A stretch of 64,000 bases of DNA from contig JAKMXF010000312.1 in NCBI GenBank assembly GCA_024704765.1, forward strand, positions 1 through 64,000, in the 5' to 3' direction. The notes beneath the pieces are model-generated. The model had not been told where the DNA came from. It saw only the letters and a program-made list of their open reading frames with translations, and did not search any database. Shown here piece after piece: positions 12,279 through 29,089 of the stretch (positions are counted from its first letter, which is position 1; each line of letters begins with the position of its first letter). The translations under genes and the position numbers were made by a program. The stretch is from Oopsacas minuta (Eukaryota > Animalia > Porifera).

Positions 12279-15200
12279 GCTGTAACTTACTAATTCTCCA
12301 TTCTTCCTAGAGTTATGTAGAATTTATTTATTTTCTGTCCGAATTGTTCCAATTTCTGTGTCAAACTATACAAATATTCACTTATATTAAGGTGTTAAGT
12401 AAACAATAAACAAATAACAAACCTTTTCGAATTAGTTAGTTTTAGCTGAGGAACATTACTTGTACATACTGACCAGTTCTCCTGTTCTTGAGAGATCTGT
12501 AATTTCAGTTGTACGAAGTCTAATTCCATCTATAAAATAATAATAAACTATCTTATATGTATACAGAGTACAGGTACTTACCCTCAGAGCATCGTGTACA
12601 TTATGGAAGTCTGAGAATAGATTAGTACTGTTTGGATATTTCTCTATAACACAGGATGCTGCGTGGTTGATTAAATCTTTCTTCTGATATGCATCTTTAT
12701 AAGCTTCTGCTCTTTGTAGGAATTCTAAATCAAATCCTCCTGCTTCCTTGTGTTCTACAGCATTGCCTATCATTAGGAGGGTGTTAAGCACATCTTTAAA
12801 TGTAGGAGAGGTTCTGATCTCTTTAGCAGCTCCCATCAAGATTAACAACTTCTTAGCTATCTCCTGTAAATACAGTTTGTATGAATTCAGCTGAATAAAT
12901 AAGTAAAATATTACCTCTTCCTTCTCATAAAATCTCAGACAGAAAGTAGCAATATTAATTCTCTCTTTTAACCTTTCCACTTCTCCCAGGGCTAAAATGA
13001 ACTTCTCTTCCTCAGGTAGGGTAACACTCTGTCCCAGGGATAAGGCGTCCTGCTTAGCTCTGATTATGTTTTTCAGCTCATTGTCGAATGAGGAAATAAG
13101 GACATCTTTCTCTAACACCTAAACACACAAATAAACAACAACAACAAACAAACAAACAAACAGCTGACAAACCTCTATAATTTGTTCATTAATCACTTCA
13201 AGATCCAAACCTGTCAATATTTTCCTGAGATTTCTAAAGTTATTATCATCTTCTCTCATTTCAAATTTCTGTAATCGTTTCAGACTAACTCCCAGACTTG
13301 TTCGTCTCTTCATAGGTAGTACTTCTATCCTTTCAATCGGCTTATTCGTTTTAGAAGATTTCCTATCTTCTCGAGCGTTGCTAGGCTGGAAAATAAAGGA
13401 ATTTATTATTTCTGGGGGAATTTCTAGAATTTTATCGAATTTCCAGAAATTTCTTTTCTTCTCCGATTCCTCTTTACCAACTAAATTCCAGCGGAAATTC
13501 ATTTTTCTTTTTCCCTTATTTTCAACCTCTGATCCCGTCTGTACCTCTGGAATATTTGGCGGGGGGTCTGGTATTCTGTTAACCCGGGGTATATCAGGGG
13601 GAGGGGTAGGTATCGTGCCAGGGATGTGTCTGACCTTTGCCTTAACCTCTGACTCGTAGGGGTCCTTATCGTATCTGTTGTCTAAATCCAGGAATTGAAA
13701 TGGTCCGAAGCTCAGTTCGTGTTTAGCCAGGTTAATCTCAGGAAGTGGGAGCATTAATGGAGCCTGTTTAGACACAGAGCTCCTCTTCCTCTCTGCCAGA
13801 TGTTTAGCAAATGGATTCTCCTCTGTAGGAGAGGATACAGGAGAAGGGACCATGGTAGTGTCCTGTGACGGTTCAGGAACTTTCTTAGCTGTAACTCCGG
13901 ACTTATCTTGGATATTCGGTTGAATAGCTCGAGGTTGTGTCGTGATGTAATTATCAGGAGACCATTTTAAATCTGGAGAGAATGGAGTTATATATATATC
14001 TGAGGTATTGCAAACAGGCGCCAAATCACATCCAAACTCTACAAACCCTAATCTCTCCGCCTGTGAGGGGACAGGAGGGAAGACACGGAGGACAGGAACC
14101 TCTGACCTCTTTGGTTCTGATTCCTGTTTCTGAAGTTTAGAAATATTCAAAATTGGAGTTTCCTTTTCAAAAGAACTTATTTCCAAAACAGGCATTTTAA
14201 CAGCTGTTGTAGGAGTCTCCTTCTCATCGATAGAAACAGCTGTTTCACTGCTGAGTGCTAATTCTTTGAATCTTTGTTTCAAATTCTTAGAAGTATCCAC
14301 TTGTGTAATCTCCTTCTTCTCTCTGACAGCCTCCTGATTAACGGACTGTACGTATCCGCTGGTAAGGGAGTTAGGCTTGGGTTTATTTAGATTAGCTCTG
14401 TGGACGGTATATATTGAGTAAGGGGAACTGGTCTCCTGGGTATCACAGATTTTGGATGGAGCAGTCTCTTCCTGAGAAGTGTCCGTTCTGTGGGTCTCCT
14501 TGTTTTGAGAGCTCTGTACTGCCGAAATAATTTGACTAGCGTCCAGTCTTTGTTTCCTGGTTTGTCTGTCTTGAAAAGATTTTGGTTCTTTCGGTTTCGA
14601 ATCCAATTTTGTTATTTTATTTTCAAACTTATTTTCAAATTTGTTTTCTTTGTTTATCCATTTTGAATCCAAACTATTTACTTGTTTATTTGCGGTATTT
14701 GCTTCCTTCATTCTCCATCCTGATTGGCTGTTCATTATTTTAGGTTTTGTATCTATTTTAGTGTCGTACTCCTTCTGAGAAGTTCTGTCTGTCAGGTGGG
14801 AGGAATATGAGTTCTGTTGCGGACTCGGGCGGGTAAAGCTACTGTAAGGGGAGTCTAGCTTCCTTGGAGGGCCAGCTGGAGATGGGAGATTCTCTCTGCT
14901 GTAAGGATGTGACTTAGTAGCAGTGAGAGGAATGTGTGGAGTGTTAAATGAGAAATCACTCTTGTCTGAGTTCTTGAGACTGTACGGAGATTTCCTAGAA
15001 TAACTCCTGGTTGGAGTATCCTTATCGTTAGTAACAGATTCTGTAATAGCAATAGTACGGGGAGAACCTTCATAGTACTCCTTCCGACCTCTGTCATGAG
15101 GTGAGATTATCTTCTCTGTGGATTCTGAGCGGGAGAGAGAGGACCCTGAATGGTATCCTGAGTCCCCACCCGCTGGGGAGTGTATGGACCGATAGGTACC

Positions 15201-17320
15201 AGGGGTGTAACTATCTTTTGGATATAAATAATCTTTTTTGAAATTCTTTTTGTCAAACGAAATTTCATTGGTCAGCTCAGCAGCTGGTTTAGGTGTTGAC
15301 GTCATTCCTATAATTACTAATTAACCAATTATTCTACATACTTCACATTCCTACTTACCTACCCCGTTGCTAAGGGGATTGCGTTTGGAATCTTTCAGAT
15401 TCTGAGTATCTCTCCCACTGATCTCTCCTGGGGATTTGGAGGGAGTAGGACTTGAGAGTCTTATGTCTGGAGTCATGGACCGCGGAAAGGTCAGATCACG
15501 CCTAATATTAGAGTATAAGAGCTGTGACGTCATAATGTTATAACTTACCTGTCAGAGAAGTTAGGAGATAAACAATTATTTGTTAAACTGTTTCTCTTAA
15601 CTCTATCTCTGCTGATTAAGCTGAGATTATCCTCTGACCCTGAGTGAAGACTCCCCGGCTGATAGCTCGGTCTCCGGTGCATACTAATAACAATAACAAT
15701 AATAATTAATTGTTTATTTTATAACCATATTGTCAACAAACCATTGCTTGAGGATAGAGTCCAGATCTCCTGTGTCTGTATCTTCATATTCTTGACACAA
15801 TAATTTCTAAGGAAATGAATAAAACACAAAATATATTTTAAACAATTAACTCACAGAAAAGTTATTGTATTCTTGCACTATTTTGTTTCTTGCAGTTTTT
15901 CCTTGTTTGTGTTTCTAAAGAAATTTAATTATAGCATTCCAATCCTTAGCTAGTGTTGCTGTGATACCAACCTCTATAACTTTACTGAGATCTTGTTCCA
16001 AAAGAGCTAGCACCAAATCATCGAAGAGATCCATCTCATCTGCCTCCTTGAGGGTCTCTAAGATTTTGTTAATAAGCCTGATAACAGCTAGGACGGTCTC
16101 TGGATCTGAGAGTATCTTATCTGAGAGGATATCTATAAATGTGCTGAAGAGAGGACTCTTTTCTCTCTGGTGTACTTCTTGAGCACATTTTATAAACAGG
16201 ACAGCTAGGTCATGAGGTCCCAGAGAGGGTACAGCGTCCGTATCAAGATCACTATCCACAAATATGTACAAAATAGCTATTGTAATGTTCCTGCCCTCAG
16301 GGTTACGTCCATTAGAGCAACCCTTAACTTGTGAGTACAGCCAAGAGACAGTACTTCTGTCTCTGAATACTGACATCAGTCCGTCTACATATGAAACTAT
16401 TTTGAATAAGACATTCAAGACAATAGTTGTTACTTTCTTTCTGTCAAAGTTCGAGTAATTATCTCTCTCAGGCAGAGACCGTAAAAATGCTAATCCTTTC
16501 TGCTTCAAAAGTTCTGGAGCAAAATCAGTGTCTTCCTAGAATATTATGATGTAATAATATCATTAAATGATGACGTAATCGGAACTAACATCTATAATCC
16601 CTGGAATGTGTTTGAGAATAGTTCTGAGCGTCCTCGTGTCTCCGCCATAAGAACACTGATCCATTTTATCTAAACAAATCAGCTGTTCAAATAGCAATTA
16701 GAAGTTCTTAATTAGCCAATCAGAAGCCAGTTTTACAGGTGTAAGGTTTGATGAAAAACATTTCAAAACTATTCAACTTTTAAGAAAACAAATATTTAAA
16801 CTTAAAACTTTCTAAAACTTGTAATTATTCTTATTTTAAGAAATATTAAATTCAATTAAATGGTTTGTACTTTAAGAGGTGTTAGAATATAATATTTTAC
16901 TAATAAACAATTCCATAATTGAGTATTTCATTGAGTATTTGTTTACCTTTGAGAGCAGAAACTAATAAGCTGAGTTTGGTTTTAATCACAATAGTATCTT
17001 GTGGAGTTATAGATACACCAAAATCCTGTATATGTTCCTTGAGGGTATACTCCATGTCCAAATACCTGTGATAGTCCGAGCTTTTTAGTTCCAAACAGGC
17101 ATCTGTAATCTAAGCAATAATATAAACAAATATGTGATATTAATTTGTTGTTATTTACTACCTTGTGAGGAGCTCTGGAGAAGTTTATGAGTCCAGGTAA
17201 GAGATCCTGTAGGGGCTGGTTGTCTGGGAGAGAGTAGGACTTCCGGTCTGACCGTCTTGACACCTGTGTGTAGTAGTGGTCTAGCTTGGTGTCGTCTATG
17301 TATTGCACGAAAATTTCCAT
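11568..17320 (-). CDS. FHOD: FHOD/Fhos-family formin (GBD-FH3, long low-complexity linker, FH2, DAD-like tail), multi-exon
   Basis: N-terminus MEIFVQYIDD...YLDMEYTLKE...KTKLSLLVSAL matches the FHOD GBD. FH3 reads IVSYVDGLMSV..TVSWLY. FH2 reads FKDVLNTLLMIGN...GFDLEFLQRAEAYKD. The C-terminus VMNAVLEH...basic...RRTL resembles the FHOD DAD. Confidence 0.87.
12232..12278. repeat. (TTA)n microsatellite in an FHOD intron
   Basis: Perfect TTA run read directly. Confidence 0.95.
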
Positions 17321-17444
17321 AACTACTGGATGGTTAGCTGTGTGGCGCTTATATAAGAACCTAATTGGTAAAAGTACCAAGGATATTAGTCACATACCTA
17401 ACTCGTAACTAAGCAACACATAGGAATTTAAATTGTTAATTAAA

Positions 17445-18799
17445 CTATTGCATATCCATGAAAGTAATTTCTGAGTACAGCAGACATTTCTTGGGGAGGG
17501 GGGCGGGCTGAGGAGAGAGGAGAGTAATCTCTGATTTGTCTAGACTGACATCTGTCACACATAGGAACCCCATAGAGGAGCTGGTCAGGATTAGGTCAGG
17601 ATCAGAGGCAGAGGAGACCGATAGGATATGAGTAATCATCTGCTTAGAGGGGGAGATCTTTGAGACGGACGGTTTTATACCCTCAGCTGTCTCACCGATG
17701 GGTAAGAGAGAGGAGGGGATGTCAGATTCCACAACTTCGTAGATCTGTACCTCCTCAAATGGGAGGATGATAGAGTGAGGGGAGAGAGGAATGTGATCCT
17801 TCATTCCGTAGAAGTAAGACCGGGTGCTCTCTCGTCGAGTAGATTTTCTAGCAGCTTTGGATCGAGCCACAACTCCGCCAGATTTTGGGAAATGTAGTAC
17901 ATGTACTCCTGGTAGATCCCGCTGGATATCAACGAATAACTTCTCGTGGTCTAGGACTATAACTGTGTACACATGGAACTCTCGAGCCGCGTGTAGGAGA
18001 GAGGAGTACCCAGCGTCCTCTACCCATCCGCATGAGTCTATCAGACACCCTGCATACCGAGACTCAGGCAGAGCTCCGTATCTAAGCTGTATCTTTTCAG
18101 CCAGCTGACTGACCAGCATGTCATAAAGTTTGGAGTTCATAGAAGGTGTGAAGTGTCCGAAGTGATACACGATTGGAGTCTGGTGTAAGAATCCGAGGGC
18201 AGGGTGTGCTGGATGATCTATTATTTGCGCGCCTAAAACCAATAATAAACTAATCAATCAAATCAAATATTCCATAGCAACGCACCGATAGATCCAGGAA
18301 TGCTGACATTACCCTGACCTACATCCAGGTCTACCAGCAGAGGTTTAGTCCCTGACCTTATGGTATAGTTCAGGAGGATACGACAGAGAGTACTCTTACC
18401 GACATCAGCTGGACCCGCCACCAGGACAGCTGGACCATTCAGGACAGACCGCTTACGTCTCTCCCTCTCCTGCGCAACAACAACTTGTAGGTTTAGGAAT
18501 TTGACCATTGGTGTCGTGTCAGACTTGTAACACTTGTGTCTATCTCCGTTAACAACCACCTCACACCCGTACCAGGTGTATACAGCAAGTCTAGCACCTG
18601 GAGGGAAGCTGTACTCGTGATTGGACACTAATTCAGTACCAAACACCTCAGCTGTACCCTTACAGAGGACTAACTTCACACCTTTATCTGTCTCTGCTTC
18701 TATTCTTAGCTCTGTGTCATGACTGAGTATGAATAAGTGTCCTTGAAGACCTGTCTTGAAGGAGGTAACGGGTACCTCATCTCCTGTTACCCCTGTCAT
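17445..18799 (-). CDS. CLP1: Polyribonucleotide 5'-hydroxyl kinase Clp1 (2 exons)
   Basis: ELRIE...GTAEVFGTEL...AVYTWYGC, Walker A GPADVGKSTLCRILLNY, VDLDVGQG, PIVYHFG, IDSCGWV, LHFPKSGGVV, and C-terminal LLSPQPAPLP. Confidence 0.95.
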
Positions 18800-19036
18800 A
18801 TAATCTATAATACATACAGATTACTGCAGTAATTATCTTATAGGAATCACTGTTAGGTAGAAGTGTGCTAACTTAATAATTAGGTGTGTAAATAATTCGT
18901 CACTTAATGAGAGCTAATTATAGGTACGATTTCAAATACTGTATAGTTCCGAATAAGCGCTGGGGTAACAAACAAGAAATTGAAATGACAGGATTGTTCT
19001 CCTTACATATTTGCTGTTTATATTGTTTACAAATAG

Positions 19037-19252
<216 letters not shown>

Positions 19253-19392
19253 GACCTGTCCTGTAACTCTCATTGTGTTTGTTTACTAGTAAATCAGAAT
19301 TATTATTACCCATTATTTCCTTGTTAATAATTAGTTAACACCTGTTCTGTTCTGTTCTTATATAATTCTATCTTATTTGACCAATCAATAGC

Positions 19393-21393
19393 ATGGCATT
19401 CCAAGTAACGTTTGGTAAGGGAGGCATGGCTACCTCTCAGTTAGGAGGGATAACCTCAGGAATGCTGGATGAGGCTCAGAGGACAGGCAAGATGAATCTG
19501 GTTGCTAGGGGCATAGAGGAAATATGTGAAGAAATTCTAGGAATTAATCAGAGATCTACAAATGAAGGGGGTGTAGATTTTGAGGCATCAGGACTGAAAT
19601 GGTACGAGAGGGTGACAGTGACTGTTCTTTTGCTAAATTCTAACTCTATCAAACAGGTAGGTTATCTTCCATCTATTATAATTGCTTAATCTTCTATTAT
19701 ACACTAGTTCTATTTATAGATTCCAGATGGAATATCCAGACTAGAACCTCTTATAACGCTAGACTGTGGAGCTAATGAGATAGCCCTGGTGTCACCGGAG
19801 ATAGGAAAACTCAAAAACCTTACCTCTCTGTCTCTGGCCTCTAATGTCATCCCCTCCCTGCCACCTCAGATATCAGGACTCACTCTTCTCACATTTCTCA
19901 AGCTAGACTCCAATCAATTGACAGAGATAGGAGACTGGATAGGTGCTCTCTCTAAACTGACCTCTCTCAGTGCTAGAGACAATAAACTAACTAAAGTCTC
20001 CGCCTCAGTAGGGGCTCTTGTTAATCTCACAAAGCTAGATTTGAGTCACAATCAGCTGGAAACTCTACCGGAGGAGATCGGTACCCTCAGCGTTCTCAAA
20101 GACTTCCTCTGTTTCAGGAATAAACTTATAATTGTGAGTTATTCAATCATAATTAGATTAGTGTATAATTATTATTATTAGGCGCCAGATTTAAGCAGGA
20201 TGACTAGCCTCTATCACCTAGACATGTCATTAAACAGATTAGAAAAGTTTCCTACCCTACCTCAGGGTGTAGCTCTTAAAGAGGTTAATCTAGCTATCAA
20301 TAGGATACCTGTCCTTCCAGCTGATCGTCTGGTAGGACTATCTGGCTTAATCAACCTACAAATCTCAGAGAATTCCCTCTCCTCTCTCCCCGAGGCTATC
20401 ACTAGCTTAACAGAGCTTAAGAAGCTTGACTGCTCAGTCAATAATATAACTAAGATACCTTACTCTATGGGACATATGAGTCTAACACAACTAGCTTTAC
20501 ATGGAAATATTCTGAAAGAACTCAAACCAGAAATGTTAAGCAAGAATACTGGCGAAGTTCTGACATATTTACTCTCTAAAATACCTAAAGTGAGAATTTA
20601 TCAAATAATTTATAATAGCAGCTGTTCCTGTTACATGAGCCTATTAATCCTTTAGGACGAGGACACTAGTATTCAAGAGGCTACTCCTCTGTCAGATGAT
20701 GAACACCCCCTTAACAAACACCTACAGGACGGACGTATAGCCCGTCTTAACGGTAAGAATTGGGAGGAGCTGCCAGGATACCTGATGACGTCAGTCCTGT
20801 GTCCTGGAGTTAAGGAAGTAGATTTATCTAAAAATAAACTGAGTATTATTCCTGACGAGTTCTTCCATAGTGTATCCCTTACAGAGGGTGTACAGCTACA
20901 GTTTAACAGGTTAAGCAAGCTTCCTATGGGTGTATGCAGTCTACAAAATGTTAAGCTATTACAGCTATTCAATAACAAACTGAGTGATCTCCCAGGAGAG
21001 CTAGCTCAGCTCTCCTGTCTCACAGATATAAGGATAGGATACAATCGATTCACCCAGCTCCCTAAAGTATGTATAACTCCTGCTTAATGACATTTAATTA
21101 CGTAATTCTATTTATAACAGGTCCTGTACGAGATACCATCTCTAACAGCTATTGTAGCAGATAATAACGATATAGACAGAGTAGATGCAACAGGTCTACA
21201 ACTCCTGCCTAACCTAGCTGCTTTAGATTTATCTAATAATTCTATTATAATGCTGCCTCCTAAACTTGCCCTCTGTCCATCTCTCCGCTCCCTCTTGGTA
21301 CAGGGGAACATGTTCAAGGTGCCAGGGACTCAGGTGGTTCAACAGGGGTCTGTAGCCCTGCTGGAGTGGCTCAAAGGACGCATCCCCCAGTAA
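19393..21393 (+). CDS. LRRC40: Leucine-rich repeat-containing protein 40 (about 5 exons)
   Basis: N-terminal AQRTGKMNLVARGIEE...WYERVTVT, two blocks of LxxLxLxxNxL repeats, and C-terminal LRSLLVQGNMFKVP...GSVALLEWLKGRIPQ*. Confidence 0.9.
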
Positions 21394-21472
21394 CACTCCA
21401 ATATTATAGTTTGTAAATTTGACTGATAATTTGTTCTTATTGCATTTGCATACATATTCGGTATTCTGTAGA

Positions 21473-22244
21473 TTAATAAAATCCAAACTGAAATCTCCTG
21501 TCAGGCCTTAAACACCTTATCCTCTGTAAGTTAGTGACGTCAGAGCTTATCTCTGCTACTGACCTAAATATCTGTCTCATCTTACCACTAGCTCGTTTAT
21601 CCTCGTCAGTTAGTCTGTGAAATAACTACAAATTACATTATAAGAGCTAAAATCTGACATTTGTAATGTTTAACAAATCTTAGTAACGTATTAGGATTAT
21701 TGGTATGTTGTATAACTCACATGAACGAATTCTAAGAAATCAATAGCTCCTGAGTGGTCTGTGTCAGTTTCTTTAAATAGATTCTTTCTCTCGTCTTCAC
21801 TACTGTTATCTCCGATCGTATTCAAGGCTTGACACCTAATGTATATTTGATTAAGGAAAGTGTTAAAATATGTATATTTACTAACATCTCCTTATAGTCA
21901 ATCAATCCGTCCTCATTAATGTCTATTGTATGGAAGTATTCTAGCATAGTTTCTATGCACTTGTGTCCTAATTCCTTGAATTCTTCGTTACCAAGACGGA
22001 GGGTTTCCTCTTTGGAGCTAGTCCTAGTCTCTGTTATCTGTCTCCCGATATCCAGCACGATCTGCCAGAGGGGAGACTTGGCCTGTTCGTAGGTCCCCTG
22101 CTCCATCAGTGGAGGGTAGAGGTCACGACCCTCTATGGGATCTCCTGTGCTTGACACCTTGCGGAGGGACACGTATGAGAAGGGAAGTCTTGGAATTGGA
22201 AATGAGAATATTTTGCCCATGAATGGAATTTGCATATTTTGCAT
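21473..22244 (-). CDS. Small EF-hand calcium-binding protein (two EF hands, 3 exons)
   Basis: EF loops DINEDGLIDYKE and DTDHSGAIDFLE in consecutive exons. The last exon LFHRLTDEDKR...QFGFY* is inferred from phase-0 GT-AG sites. The start ATG is uncertain. Confidence 0.75.
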
Positions 22245-22537
22245 TTCACTTCTATTTATACTCGCGCTACTTCTGGATAAGAACCCGACAATCTGATTGG
22301 AGGAAACTTGTATAATTTAGAATATTATTTCTAGAAATGGTAACACCTCTAATACTTACTTATCCCGCCTCTAGCCTCCATAGTTGCCAACTTGTAACTT
22401 GAGAATGTGATTCCTAGAATACTCAGAAGCTCTACCTGCATTGTCCTGTGAAACCCTATACCTCAGATCCCTATATTATGTACAGATGGTTTATGGATAT
22501 ATGCAGTGTCTGCTAATGTAGTATCACAATTTTTGTA

Positions 22538-22640
22538 ATGGCATCTCAGCAGAGTATTATCCCAGATATTAAGGCCGTCAGAGACGCGTATGAAGCTGTT
22601 AGAGATGATGCTAACGAAATACAATGGTTAGTTTGTTGGC

Positions 22641-22674
<34 letters not shown>

Positions 22675-23177
22675 TAATAATAATAATAATAATCACATAT
22701 TTTACATATTTTCTGTTGCTAGGTTGGTACTGCATTATGATGATAAATCTATCGAGCTGAAATGCACTGGGAAAGATTATGATGAAATGATCTCCAAATT
22801 TGTTGGTGAGTTTATTGTTGTTTACGTATGATAAGATGAGGATGAACATATTTACATTATTACAGAAGATGAAAGGAATTTTGCTTACATCAGAATGACG
22901 ACAGGAGACGATATGTCCGTTAGAGCTAAATTTGTTTTCATAACTTGGATCGGTCTTAAAGTCTCTCATCTCAAAAAAGCTAAAGTCTCTACTGACAAAG
23001 CTTTTGTGAAAGAAATCGTAAAAGTAAATTTAGAATTCTAAATTATTTGTTTACATAAATGACGTAATTTGTTTGTTTTAGGAATATTCAGTTGAAATTC
23101 TAGCTGATGACAGAGACGATTTGAAGAAGGAGGCTGTCCTATCTAAAGTGGAACTGTCAAGTGGAGCTAGATACTAA
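22538..23177 (+). CDS. COTL1: Coactosin-like protein (ADF-H domain, 4 exons)
   Basis: AVRDAYEAVRDD...W|LVLHYD...|DERNFAYIRMTTGDDMSVRAKFVFITWIG...KAKVSTDKAFVKEIVK|...SGARY*. Confidence 0.92.
22641..22693. repeat. (AAT)n microsatellite in coactosin intron 1
   Basis: Lies between a GT donor after ..CAATG and a TAG acceptor. It explains the poly-Asn and poly-Ile ORF-track artefacts. Confidence 0.93.
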
Positions 23178-23274
23178 TAATAGAGTATAATTTGTTTGTA
23201 GTTTATGAGTGCTATATTTAGACTATTAGTGTAATTATAGAATTTGAGAATTCCTGGGAAAGTAAGCGCCAGAA

Positions 23275-23333
23275 TTCTAGAACATTCCATTCTATTTCAA
23301 TCTAGGCGCGGAATATCCTGACTAGTATAAATA
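23275..23333 (+). promoter_or_regulatory. Putative beta-tubulin promoter: heat-shock-element-like TTCnnGAAnnTTC plus TATA box
   Basis: TTCTAGAACATTC at 23275-23287 and TATAAATA at 23326-23333, about 70 bp upstream of the ATG. Confidence 0.45.
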
Positions 23334-23334
23334 G

Positions 23335-24744
<1,410 letters not shown>

Positions 24745-25481
24745 TTTATTTTGTTTGGTATTAGCTCTTATCTCTATTACTAGTGTATTTACTCATTATT
24801 CCTTGTACTATTACCAGCATATCTACTACACTTATCTCTTATCGATTCATGTCATGGAGGGTGATTAGTTATAGTGCGGTTATTACTTGCAGCATTCATT
24901 GGGTATAGGTCAATCAATGGTTCCTCAACCTGGCTCATAGGTCTCCATAGGATCACATAATTGGAGAAAGGCTAAGTTATATGAATTTCTTAAAAAGTTA
25001 CATCTCGTTCAATACAAATAGGATGTGTCACATATTTGCTTTTCATTGTAGTTACAGTCAGCATATCCTCCTTAAGCATAAGATTCCAGCAATTCTTCCA
25101 AAGGAAGAGAATTATGCGAGCTGCAAAAAATAAATATTTCCAAATAATACACGAGAAAATGTTGGATTTACAAAATGAGGAACCTCGCGACCAAATCCCT
25201 AAAGAGTTGAGATTGCTATGGGAACAACTGCACAGATATATCATTGCATCTGCTAGGTAATATGAGAGGACCTTAGTTGTTTGAGTCCTAAGCCTGCCCT
25301 GTGAGGTCTCTCTGATCTTATCCTATCTTTCATGATTTGATTAATATTTTGATTTATTCTTTCAATTTGTAACTCGAGTTGTTTTATTTTAAGAATGTTA
25401 CTATTTATATAACAAATCATATAACGTTAGAATATAAATACAATTATTTCTTATTAAAATTAGAAATATTAGATTTTAGCG

Positions 25482-27405
<1,924 letters not shown>

Positions 27406-27633
27406 ACATATCTGTTGTTGTACTATATTGTTATTATTATTTGTTTGTTACTGATTCAAAGATTTGCTACAATATTATAAGAATTGAGCTAATATTTGCA
27501 AATAGAACTATCTTATTATTATTATTATTATATTTCAACACCTCTGACCGTATGAATATATACGTAATATACATATACACATATGTGTCACTATTATAGC
27601 TATGACTCACATACCAATACCCATCTTGTTGCT

Positions 27634-29056
27634 ATGAACTCTCTGATATCTAACAAGGAGTATGAGTTACATTTCTCTGACCCCTCACTCAACTCCGGTG
27701 TGTCTCTCTTCTATCTTAAACTTAATACAAGCTCCATGCGAGCTATCGAGCAGGTGATACAAGCTTTGAGCACCTCTAGGAATCCTGCTCCACCTCCAAT
27801 TAAGCTTGAGATAGGGGAACAACTGTCCGGTACTCTCACCCTCCCTCAAGTATGTCATAACTCCTCACCAATCAATTACTATATTTAATACAAACATACT
27901 CTTATAGATATCAGATGAAAGGGGACAGCCGTCCTGCTCAGGAACTGGCTGCTTCTCTATTTCCCTAGAGCCACAGAGGAAACCTATGGAGTTACTTCAC
28001 ACTTTAACCACATACCCTACTCACGAGGACAGGTCTCATATACCAGGACAGAGGAGAACATCTCTAGGGTACCTCCCTCCCACTCCTGACATATTCCTGA
28101 ATTTCCTTGGACCCATATCACATCGGATGAACATAAAGGCCACGACAGGGGAGACATTTGATAGAACCAGGTCACAGTTCAAACAATTAAATGAAAAATC
28201 AAAAGATTCAGCTGCCATCCAGCTGACTAACCTCCCTCCAGAAGGGGGGCAATCCAGGAGGAATAAGTTTGATTATTTTAGAGGGAGACAGCCCTACGCC
28301 AAGCCCTTCCAGGGCAGGAACCTATCTGCCAAGTTCCAGGCCCATAAACGGCACAATCTTACCAATGGGACCCTCTCTCCTACTCAGGAATCAATTCCTA
28401 AACGGCTTAAAGTCAGTTAGAATAATCGAGCTGTTAAATATATTTATTGTTTAATATAATCATAGGTCTGTAAGCTGATATCTCCTCCTATCGTCACGAG
28501 CACTAAGGAGACAGTTCCTGTCCCATCTATACCCAAGAGGGTGTCTCCTATTCAGAAGAAGCGACCCCTTCATTCCCCCTCTCCCCTTGCGAGCCCTGGA
28601 TCCTCTCCCGAGCCTCAGTCCAAGCGAATACGCAAGGAATCCTCTGGCTCCTCTCCTAAGAAACACAAGAAACCTCGATCAGGTCCCGAGACCATTCTCC
28701 CACCTGACACCCTCTTGGAGATCTCTAAGTTCCAGGAACAGTCATGCTCTTGGTCCGATCTCTACCCGGATATAATCTCCGCGGACATTCGGGCTTCCTA
28801 CAGACAGACATATGACAAGGACTTCTCTTCTTATCAGAAACTCAGAGAGAGCGTAGAAAGGGGAATGAGACAAATGACAGAGTACAAAGATAAACTCCTC
28901 CAGCTGGACTCCCAGAGTCCCGACCACAAGAAACTAAAGAAGAAAGCTACTCGCCTCTTCCACGAGAACAAAGAATTGAGGACAATGTTCTCATTCCTTC
29001 ACGACAAATTGTTCGTTGTCAAGAAACAAATTGAACTATTCGACAAATCTCACTGA
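27634..29056 (+). CDS. ELL: RNA polymerase II elongation factor ELL-like (N-terminal ELL domain, C-terminal occludin/ELL domain)
   Basis: FYLKLNTSSMRAIE...GTLTLP at the N-terminus, a basic NLS-like linker, and YPDIISADIRASYRQTYDKDFSSYQKL...LHDKLFVVKKQIELFD. The start could be the upstream ATG at 27583. Confidence 0.8.
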
Positions 29057-29089
29057 TTTCATTATTTTGTGAGAAAATAAATTTTAATA

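Noticed and set aside
16567-16573. C-box-like ATGATGA as a possible C/D snoRNA
   Set aside because: It is antisense to the host gene and has no matching D box or terminal stem.
22628-22969. Poly-Ile ORF, and poly-Asn in the coactosin ORF
   Set aside because: Both come from an intronic (AAT)n microsatellite.
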